A stretch of DNA of 64,000 bases from Macrostomum lignano (Eukaryota), in assembly GCA_002269645.1 (NCBI GenBank), contig NIVC01000010.1, positions 1,426,001 through 1,490,000 of the forward strand. Direction: 5' to 3'. Shown here piece by piece: positions 35,173-45,084 of the stretch. The notes beneath the pieces are model-generated. The model saw only the letters and a program-made list of their open reading frames with translations, did no database searches and was not told the origin of the DNA. The translations under genes and the position numbers were made by a program. Within the stretch, counting starts at the first letter, position 1; each line of letters starts with the position of its first letter.

Positions 35173-38100
35173 ATGTCTGCTACATTGCTGCGCCTCTCAG
35201 CCAATGCCGCGACACTTGCCCGGCATCTACCCGTATATGGTCGCTGTTTGACCAATTCCGCTGTATTGACAGCTTCTCCTAGCATTAGACCTACCTGGCA
35301 ATTAGGCAAGACTCGATTTTCTTCCATCGCCGCTCTCTACAACAATCGCCGACCATTGTCAACAACCTCGTCATCAGCTTCATCAGCACCGGAGCCTGAT
35401 CCAGACTATCACAGCATCATCAGCAATGCCGAGCGAAGTCGCGGCTCATCGGAGCGACACACCTTTCAAGCGGAAACTCGCCAATTATTAGACATTGTTG
35501 CCAAGTCATTGTACAGCGATAGGCACGTGTTTGTTCGCGAATTAGTGTCCAACGCTAGCGATGCTTTGGAGAAGCTGCGCCATTTGAGATTGTCCTCGGC
35601 GGCTGACAGCAACCAGCAGTTTGGTCCGCTAGAGATTCACCTGCAAACTGATGAGGATAAACGGACTCTAACTATACAGGACACCGGTATTGGCATGACG
35701 CGAGATGAAGCCGTGTCTAATTTAGGCACTATAGCAAGGTCTGGCAGTCAAGAGTTTATCAAGCAGGCAGCATCGGGCTCCGGAGGTCAGACTGCCTCCG
35801 CCTCTGTGATTGGCCAATTTGGCGTTGGCTTCTATGCCTCGTTTATGGTGGCCGATAAAATTGACGTCTACAGCCAGAGCAGCTGTCAGGCCGATGCTAA
35901 ACCTGTCAAGTGGAGTTCAGATGGATTGGGGAGCTATGAGGTTGGTGTGATTGGCCTAGCTTAGCAGTGATCCAAAGTATGCGGCTTTGTTTTATGGCAT
36001 TGTGCTGCTCACGACTCTAAATTGGCGCTCAAGTCTCACCTATGAGCCTCAATTGGCGCTCAAGTCTCACCTATGCGCCACAATTGGCGCTCAAGTCTCA
36101 CCTATGCGCCACAATTGGCGCTCAAGTCTCACCTATGCGCCTCAATTGGCGCTCAAATCTCACCTATGAGCCTCAATTGGCGCTCAAGTCTCACCTATGA
36201 GCCACAGTTGGCGCTCAAGTCTCCCTATGGGGCTAAATTGGCGCTCAAGTCACCTATGAGCCTCAATTGGCGCTCAGATCTCACCTATGAGCCTCAATTG
36301 GCGCTCAAGTCTCACCTATGGGGCTAAATTGGCGCTCAAGTCACCTATGAGCCTCAATTGGCGCTCAAGTCACCTATGGGGCTAAATTGGCGCTCAAGTC
36401 ACCTATGAGCCTCAATTGGCGCTCAGATCTCACCTATGAGCTTCAATTGGCGCTTAAGTCTCACTTAGGAAGCTAATTAAAACATCTCCATTGTCTTTTT
36501 CATAAATAAGCAAGTGATGCTACTCTCCAATCCTGCACAGGTTTCAGAGGCCGAGAACGTCAGCCCAGGCACCAAGATAGTGCTACACCTGAAGCCTGAC
36601 GCTCTGGAATTTGCTAAAGACGAGAATTTGCGCACTATTGTGCAGCGCTACAGCGGCTTCGTTGCGGCCCCAATCTTTGTTAATGGACGGCGGGTGAATC
36701 CTGCGGAGCCATTGTGGCTTAAGGATGCCAGCAAAGTGACGCAAGAGGAGCACCAAGAGTTTTATAGGCTCGTATCCGGGGCCTATGATGCGCCTAGGTA
36801 ATCCAGATGTTCTTTTAGAGTGCTCATTTCTCTACTGCTAATATCTAGACATTTAAATTTGATCATAAAATCTGTCGCTTTATCTACCCATAGAATCGCC
36901 CTTATCTACCCATAGAATCGCCCTTATCTAACCATAGAATCGCCCTTATCTAACCATAGAATCGCCCTTATCTACCAATAGAATCGCCCTTATCTACCCA
37001 TAGAATCGCCCTTATCTACCCATAGAATCGCCCTTATCTACTCATAGAATCTCCATTATCTAACCATAGAATCGGCCTTATCTACTCATAGAATTTCCCT
37101 TATCTAACCATAGAATCGCCCTTATCTAACCATAGAATCGCCCTTATCTACTCATAGCATCGCCCTTATCTACTCATAGAATCGCCCTTATCTACCAATA
37201 GAATCGGCCTTATCTACCCATAGAATCGCCCTTATCTACCCATAGAATCGCCCTTCTACCCATAGAATCGGCCTTATCTACCCATAGAATCGGCCTTATC
37301 TACCCATAGCATCGCCCTTATCTACCCATAGCATCGCCCTTATCTACCCATAGCATCGCCCTTATCTACCCATAGCATCGCCCTTATCTACCCATAGCAT
37401 CGCCCTACCATCATAGGTGCTCTAGGCTGCTGTAGTAATCAATCACCGCCATTAACCTACTGACCCAGGTACGTGTTCTCCTACAAGACGGACGCTCCTC
37501 TGAACCTCCGCGCCCTGCTGTACATCCCGGAGTCCAAGCCGGCCCTATGGGAGATGAGTCGAGACTCGGAGTCAGGCGTGGCTCTCTACTCCAAACGAGT
37601 GTTGGTGCTGCCCAAAGCTCAGCCGCTTCTACCAAGATGGCTGCGATTTCTCAAAGGCGTTGTGGACTCGGAAGATGTACCGCTAAACCTTAGCAGGGAG
37701 CTGCTACAGGACAGCAGGCTTATTAGAAGGATTAACCTGGCACTAACTGGGCGGGTTATTCGGTTTCTTAGCGAGCAGGCTAAAAAAGATGCTGAGAAGT
37801 GAGTCAGTTAACGGCTGTTAATGCTTATGAGGGCTCAAAAGCTTCCAATTATTTAAGAATCGCCCATGAAGCACACTGAGAATCGCCCCTGAAGCACACT
37901 GAGAATCGCCCCTGAAGCACACTGGCAATCGCCCATGAAGCACACTGAGAACCGCCCCTGAAGCACACTGAGAATCGCCCCTGAAGCACACTGAGAATCG
38001 CCCCTGAAGCACACTGGCAATCGCCCGTGAAGCTCACTGAGGATCGTCCCTGAAGCACACTGAGAATCGCCCCTGAAGCACACTGAGAATCGCCCCTGAA

Positions 38101-40688
38101 GCACACTGAGAGTCGCCCCTGAAGCACAATGAGAATCGCCCCTGAAGCACACTGAGAGTCGCCCCTGAAGCACAATGAGAATCGCCCCCAAAGCACACTG
38201 AGAATCGCCCCTGAAGCACACTGAGAATCGCCCCTGAAGCACACTGAGAGTCGCCCCTGAAGCACAATGAGAATCGCCCCTGAAGCACAATGAGAATCGC
38301 CCCTGAAGCACAATGAGAATCGCCCCCAAAGCACACTGAGAATCGCCCCTGAAGCACACTTAGAATCGCCCCTGAAGCTCACTGAGAATCGCCCCCGCAG
38401 GTACGCCGGCTTCCACCGCGACTTCGGCTTATTCCTCAAAGAAGGCATCGTCACCACTCAGGACCAGGCTGAGAGAGAGAAAATCGCTGACTTATTGAGA
38501 TTCGAAACCTCTGCCCAGCAACCGGGCCAGCTAACTTCCCTATCAGAATACGTGGCCCGCCAGGACGCCAGCTCGCGTAATATTCTGTTCCTTAGCGCTC
38601 CCAGCCGGCAGCTGGCGGAGACTTCGCCCTACCTTGAGGCGGTTCGCCATCGCAATCTGGAAGTAATTTTCCTGTACGAACCCTACGACGAATTGGTGCT
38701 GATGCAGTTGGGCCAATTTGCCGGCAAGCAGTTGCAATCTGTTGAGAATGAAGCGTCAAGATCTGCTAGCGATGATGATAATGCCAGCAAAGATGAGGCA
38801 AGCACCAAACCGGATGCTGATAGCGAACAGCAAGACAGTGCTGGGGACAATCGTTTATCTGAACGCGACGCCAACGATCTGTCCTCGTTTATGACTACAG
38901 CTCTAGCTGGCCGAGTGAAATTAGTGAAGCCGACTAATCGGCTGACTAATCATCCTTGCGTTGTGTGTATTAAAGATCTGGGCGCTGTTAGACACCTGCT
39001 TAGGACTACTATGCACGATAGGTGAGTTGGGTAGGGCAGTAGGTTTCATGGTAGGTTTGGGTATCTTAGTAGGTTTCATGGTTTGTTAAGGGTAGGGTAG
39101 TAGGTTTAATGGTAGGTTTTGGTAGTAGGTTTCATGGCAGGTTAGGGTGGTAGTTTTCATGGTAGGTTAGGGTAGTAGGTTTCATGGTAGGTTAGAGTAG
39201 TAGGTTAGGGTAGTAGGTTTCATGGTAGGTTTCATGGCAGGTTAGGGTAGTAGGTTTCATGGCAGGTTATGGTAGTAGGTTAGGGTAGTAGGTTTCATGG
39301 TAGGTTAGGGTAGTAGGTTAGGGTAGTAGGTTTCATGGTAGGTTAGGGTAGTAGGTTTCATGGTAGGTTAGGGTAGTAGGTTAGGGTAGTAGGTTTCATG
39401 GTAGGTTAGGGTAGTAGGTTTCATGGTAGGTTAGGGTAGTAGGTTTCATGGTAGGTTAGGGTAGTAGGTTTCATGGTAGGTTAGGGTGGTAGGTTTCATG
39501 GTAGGTTAGGGTGGTAGTTTTCATGGTATGTTAGGGTAGTAGATTTCATGGTAGGTTAGGGTGGTAGTTTTCATGGTAGGTTAGGGTAGTAGGTTTCATG
39601 GTAGGTTAGGGTGGTAGTTTTCATGGTATGTTAGGGTGGTAGTTGTCATGGTATGTTAGGGTAGTAGATTTCATGGTAGGTTAGGGTGGTAGTTTTCATG
39701 GTAGGTTAGGGTAGTAGGTTTCATGGTAGGTTAGGGTAGTAGGTTTCATGGTAGGTTAGGGTGGTAGGTTTCATGGTAGGTTAGGGTGGTAGGTTTCATG
39801 GTAGGTTAGGGTGGTAGTTTTCATGGTATGTTAGGGTAGTAGATTTCATGGTAGGTTAGGGTGGTAGTTTTCATGGTAGGTTAGGGTAGTAGGTTTCATG
39901 GTAGGTTAGGGTAGTAGGTTTCATGGTAGGTTAGGGTAGTAGGTTTCATGGTAGGTTAGGGTGGTAGGTTTCATGGTAGGTTAGGGTGGTAGTTTTCATG
40001 GTATGTTAGGGTAGTAGATTTCATGGTAGGTTAGGGTGGTAGGTTTCATGGTAGGTTAGGGTAGTAGGTTTCATGGTAGGTTAGGGTAGTAGGTTTCATG
40101 GTAGGTTAGGGTAGTAGGTTTCATGGTAGGTTAGGGTGGTAGGTTTCATGGTAGGTTAGGGTAGTAGGTTTCATGGTATGTTAGGGTAGTAGATTTCATG
40201 GTAGGTTAGGGTAGTAGGTTTCATGGTAGGTTAGGGTAGTAGATTTCATGGTAGGATAATATTATTAGAGTGTTGGAGAGAATAGTATGCTATTATGAAT
40301 ACAGTTTCTACTACCGTAGGCCTATTAGCTAAACTGTCTATTTACTAGCGAAATGTTTTTATTTCTACTTACAGTAGGCTGTCAGCGCAAAGCGCCGTAT
40401 CTTTATTCTAAATATAATACGTAACAATAAAAATTTAATCTGCAATTCCATGCTAGGCCAGCCGAGGAGCGCCTTCGCCTGATGGAGCCGGTGCTGGAGA
40501 TCAACGCTAAGCACCCGCTAATCCGCAAGCTGTCAATCATGCGAACGGCCGATCCGGATCTGGCTAAATTATTCGCTCTGCAGTTGTGCGACAATGCGCT
40601 CACCATTGCCGGGGTGCTGGAAGACCCCAGGGCGATGATCGATCGGTTGAACGAGTTGCTAACGAAAGCGGCGGAGAAGATGCCTTGA
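35173..40688 (+). CDS. TRAP1: Mitochondrial HSP90 (TRAP1/HSP75); exons 35173-35940, 36541-36797, 37469-37798, 38401-39021, 40457-40688
   Basis: Arg/Ser-rich transit peptide, [74 protein letters not shown] and [10 protein letters not shown]. All junctions are GT-AG and in frame. Confidence 0.96.
36020..36465. repeat. About 31-bp minisatellite (AATTGGCGCTCAAGTCTCACCTATGAGCCTC) in TRAP1 intron 1
   Basis: About 14 copies with 29-31 bp variants. Confidence 0.92.
36880..37410. repeat. 22-bp minisatellite (AGAATCGCCCTTATCTACCCAT) in TRAP1 intron 2
   Basis: About 24 copies. Confidence 0.93.
37855..38400. repeat. 23-bp minisatellite (GAGAATCGCCCCTGAAGCACACT) in TRAP1 intron 3, running into the 3' splice site
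   Basis: About 23 copies; the last unit reads GAGAATCGCCCCCGCAG|exon. Confidence 0.93.
39035..40255. repeat. 25-bp G/T-rich minisatellite (GGTAGGTTAGGGTAGTAGGTTTCAT) in TRAP1 intron 4
   Basis: About 48 copies; most units contain TTAGGG. Confidence 0.95.
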
Positions 40689-40704
40689 CTTTATTGCTGT
40701 TTGA

Positions 40705-41230
40705 CTTGAGAGGGTAGAGTGGTAGACAGGAGGGTAGAGCGGAACACAGGAGGGTAGAGCGGTAGACAGGAGGGAAGAGCGGAAGACAGGAGGGTAGAGC
40801 GGTAGACAGGAGGGTAGAGCGGAAGACAGGAGGGTAGAGTGGTAGACAGGAGGGTAGAGCGGAACACAGGAGGGTAGAGCGGTAGACAGGAGGGAAGAGC
40901 GGAAGACAGGAGGGTAGAGCGGTAGACAGGAGGGTAGAGCGATAGACAGGAGGGTAGAGCGGTCGACAGGAGGGTAGAGTGGTAGACAGGAGGGTAGAAC
41001 GGTAGACAGGAGGGTAGAGTGGTAGACAGGAGGGTAGAGCGGAAGACAGGAGGGTAGAGCGATAGACAGGAGGGTAGAGCGGTCGACAGGAGGGTAGAAT
41101 GGTAGACAGGAGGGTAGGGTGGTAGACAGGAGGGTAGAGTCGTAGACAGGAGGGTAGAGCGGTAGTCAAGAGGGTAGAGCGGTAGTCAAGAGGGTAGAGC
41201 GGTAGACAGGTGGGTGGTAGAGCGGTAGAC
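40705..41230. repeat. 20-bp purine-rich minisatellite (GAGGGTAGAGCGGTAGACAG) just after the TRAP1 stop
   Basis: About 26 copies. Confidence 0.95.
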
Positions 41231-41633
41231 GCAAGAACAATGTGTTTACATGCGGCAGCAATTAAGATTATTTGAGCAACTTTGATAACTCTTTACACCA
41301 GCTATATTTGAGAAGTCATGAAAAGCTTAACTAGCTGATATATGATTAGTGTATTTGCTTCTTATCTTGCAATGTTGCACTGACTGTAACTACATAATTT
41401 AATTCTTGAACAACAATTAAGGAAAATTGCTTTTTAACCAGCTTTTTGTCTGAGAATAATTAATTCAGCATTTTGTGGACAAGATACATATTGCTCTAGT
41501 AAGTTTCACATATTACTGCTTGTTAGTTTGAATTGAAAATACAACTGTGTTTTATTAGGAAAAAATATTACACCTGTTGTAGTTGTTATGACGAACAAAC
41601 CAATTTATTTGGATATTCGATATAAAAGTACCT

Positions 41634-42186
41634 GTTGCCATAGCAACCACATATTTTAACATACTATCTAAATTCTTATTATGATCATAATCTCAGTTCT
41701 CATAGCAACCAGGCACATTCATATAGCTAGTCTCAATTATAATTCCTGTTGCCATAGCAACCAAACACATTCATATATTAGCCAGTCTCAATCAGAATGC
41801 CAGTTGCCATGGCAACCAAACATTCATATAGCTAGTCTCAATAATTATCCCAGTTGCCATAGCAGCCAAACACATTCATGTAGCTAGTCCGAATAATTAT
41901 CCCAGTTGCCATAGCAGCCAAACACATTCATGTAGCTAGTCCGAATAATAATCCCTGTTGCCATAGAAACCAAACACATTCATATATGGCTAGTCTCATT
42001 CACAACTCCAGTTGCCATAGCAACCAAACACATTCATATATGGCTGGTCTCAATAATAATCTCTGTTACCATAGCAACCAAACACATTCATATATGGCTA
42101 GTCTCAATAATAATCTCTGCTACCATAGCAACCAAACACATTCATATATGGCTAGTCTCATTCACAACTCCAGTTGCCATGACAAC
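41634..42186. promoter_or_regulatory. About 52-54 bp tandem array, each unit carrying an RFX X-box-like motif (GTTGCCATRGCAAC); 11 motifs
   Basis: Motifs start at 41634, 41696, 41748, 41803 (perfect palindrome GTTGCCATGGCAAC), 41853, 41905, 41957, 42011, 42065, 42119 and 42173. TATAAAAG sits at 41621. Regulatory function is inferred. Confidence 0.6.
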
Positions 42187-43288
42187 CAAACGCGGCCTAT
42201 TCGTAGTCCTCGAAGGCATGGACCGGGCCGGCAAGTCCTCGCAGTGCCGCCGGCTTGTGGATCACCTAAACAGCATCGGGCATCGAACCGAGCTCATGCG
42301 ATTCCCCGAGCGCGACTCGGCCATCGGCAGCCTGATTGGCCAGTATCTGGGCAGGAAAATCGAACTTGACGATCACGCCGTCCACCTGCTGTTCTCGGCC
42401 AATCGCTGGGAGTTTCGGCCGCATATCTTGGACACCCTGGCCAGTGGAGTTAACATTGTGTGCGACAGATATGCATACAGCGGCATTGCCTTCACCGCCG
42501 CCAAGGCTGATGGCCCCGACTTTCACTGGTGCTGCCAGCCCGAGGTGGGCCTGCCCGCTCCCGACCTCAAGGTTAGATCTGGGCAGATGGGATCAGGGAG
42601 TTGGGATATGGGATCAGGGATTGGGGAGATGAAATCAGCGAGTGGGGAAGATGGGATCAGGGAGTGGGGATATGGGATCAGGGATTGGGGAGATGAAATC
42701 AGCGAGTGGGGAAGATGGGATCAGGGAGTGGGGATATGGGATTAGGCAGTGGGAGATGGGATCAGGGAGTGGGAATATGGGATCAGTGATTGGGGAATAT
42801 GGGATCAGTGATTGGGGAAGATGAGATCAGGGATTGGGGAGATGGGATCAGGGATTGGGGAGATGGGATCAGGGAGTGGGAAGATGGGATCAGGGATCGT
42901 AGGAGATGGGATCAGGGATCGTGAGAGATGGGATCAGATAGTGGGGAGATGGAAACATGGAATAGGACAGATCCCCACCATCTTGCAGATCTTCCTGTCT
43001 GTGAGCCCCGAGGCGCAGGCAAGTCGCGGCGGCTTCGGAGCCGAGCGCTACGAAGTGGCGGACTTCCAGCGACGGGTCGGCGAGGCCTACGCCAGACTGA
43101 TGCGGCTGGAGGACCAGGCGGGCGGCTCCTGCCCTGCCTGGCTCACCATCAACGCCGACGGCGCCTTCGAAGAGGTGCAGCAGCAGCTGGCCAAGGCCGT
43201 GGTTGCCGCCATCGACTGTCCGCGCTCTGCCGGTCCGCCCGCTGGCCTGCGGTTTCCGGCTGCCGGTGGCCGAGGCTGCGAGGCCTGA
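42179..43288 (+). CDS. DTYMK: Thymidylate (dTMP) kinase; exons 42179-42571 and 42989-43288
   Basis: RGLFVVLEGMDRAGKSSQ (P-loop), RFPERDSAIG, HLLFSANRWE, CDRYAYSGIAF, GLPAPDL and FGAERYE. Junctions AAG|GTTAGA and TTGCAG|ATC. Confidence 0.95.
42585..42950. repeat. Irregular GATGGGATCAGGGA-based repeat filling the DTYMK intron
   Basis: Direct reading. Confidence 0.85.
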
Positions 43289-43317
43289 CTGTGGCGGGCT
43301 CTCAGTGGGTGACTGGG

Positions 43318-43391
43318 ACTGTCTGTGTGTCTGTCTGTTTGACTTTCTGTCTGTCTGTGTCTGTCTGTCTGTGTGTCTGTCTGTTTGACTT

Positions 43392-43424
<33 letters not shown>

Positions 43425-43475
43425 GTGTCTGTGTGTCTGTCTGTGTGTCTGTCTGTCTGTGTGTCTGTGTGTCTG

Positions 43476-43506
<31 letters not shown>

Positions 43507-43562
43507 GTGTCTGTCTGTCTGTCCGTCTATCTGTCTGTCTCTCAGTCAGTCTGTGTGTCCGT
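43318..43562. repeat. (CTGT)n/(GT)n microsatellite after the DTYMK stop
   Basis: Direct reading. Confidence 0.92.
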
Positions 43563-44174
43563 CAGTCTCCGTGTATTCTTATGTTGCTTATATTTACCAT
43601 TTTTATAAATTCAAGTTCAACCATGGGTTAACCAAGTTTAACACTGTCAAGACTTATGAAATGGAATTAATATTTCCGTAGTTATTACTATGATATGGCA
43701 ATGTAGTTAGCATTATTTTCATCGATCGATATTCCTTGCTGCTTAGTATGCAGATTTGCATCTTTTTTATATGGCATTTCATGTTTTTTCAAGTCGGTTA
43801 TTTTTATAACTGTTTATGATAGTAAGTTCTGCTTTCCTTGTAATTTAAAAACTTTACAACACGCGAATACAAATAAGTAAAATTGGAAATAAACATTGAC
43901 TTAAATGTCTTTAAAGTGTATCATGCATCATATTGCATATTTTGGCATCAATTCTGTTTGAGCTTTCTGTATTTTAGTGATTTTTTTTTACTTTTAATGA
44001 CAAAATACCTGTCTTCTGACGGTGAAAATTGTCTGCAGAGAGGAACTTTGCGATGAGACAAGCCAAGTTAACTAAAATTGACTCCATCAGGAAGCTATCC
44101 GTAGTTGGGTAACCTCTGGCTTGAGCACTGCTGCTGAGACGTCAAACCAGTTGATAAATTCTCTCACGAGTGTC

Positions 44175-44645
44175 TGAAGCGATTGAGAAGTTTCTGAAGG
44201 ATTAAAAAGTTTTTGAAGCGTTTGAGAAGTTTCTGAAGCGATTGAGAAGTTTCTGAAGTGCCTGAAGAGTTGCTGAAGTGCCTGAAGAGTTGCTGAAGCG
44301 CCTGAAGAGTTGCTAAAGCGCCTGAAGAGTTTCTGAAGCACATAAAGAGTTGCTGAAGCGCATGAAGAGTTTCTGAAGCGCATAAAGAGTTGCTGAAGCG
44401 CATGAAGAGTTTCTGAAGCGCATAAAGAGTTGCTGAAGCGCATGAAGAGTTGCTGAAGCGCCTGAAGAGTTGCTGAAGCGCATGAAGAGTTGCTGAGGTG
44501 CCTGAAGAGTTGCTGAAGCGCCTGAAGAGTTGCTGAGGTGCCTGAAGAGTTGCTGAAGCGCATGAAGAGTTGCTGAAGCGCATGAAGAGTTGCTGAGGTG
44601 CCTGAAGAGTTGCTGAAGCGCATGAAGAGTTGCTGAAGCGGGTCA
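44175..44645. repeat. 20-bp minisatellite (GAAGAGTTGCTGAAGCGC(A/C)T)
   Basis: About 23 copies, degenerate at the left end. Confidence 0.92.
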
Positions 44646-45084
44646 AGTTGCTGAATCAACTTTAAAAGGTTTCTGAAGCGCAATTTAATTGATAAAACGC
44701 CGGAAGAGAGCCACATTGCAGGAGCTGTTCAAGCCTAATCAAAATGAATTTTATTTAGCACTCCACGTTTCAATGCTCACGCGCATGCACCAGTTAAAAT
44801 GAAAAATACTTAATTTAGTCAATTGCTAAAGCCTTCGCTCTACCTTACGCCCAATGCCTTTCTTCCCAAGAATTACTGCAGCGACGCTATCTCCACCGGG
44901 CACAATGCTGAGCAGTGGACTCAATAGTCTCCAGTGCCTGACAGACTTGGCCTGATAAAGCATTGTGGAGGGGTCCAGATAAGACCCATATAGCTTTATA
45001 CAACTGCAGAAAATTTTATACCCTGCTTTTAGACCTGCCTGGCAACAGAATTTTGCCTTGTTCTGCTTTCTTATTACACTGTCA

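Noticed and set aside
37818-38457. Minus-strand ORFs inside TRAP1 intron 3, and long ORFs through the innexin and DTYMK introns
   Set aside because: They are translations of intronic minisatellites; the spliced models explain the real coding parts.
41634-42186. CRISPR-like look of the X-box array (palindromic core with 52-54 bp period)
   Set aside because: The intervening sequences are homologous to each other rather than unique spacers, there are no cas genes, and the context is eukaryotic.
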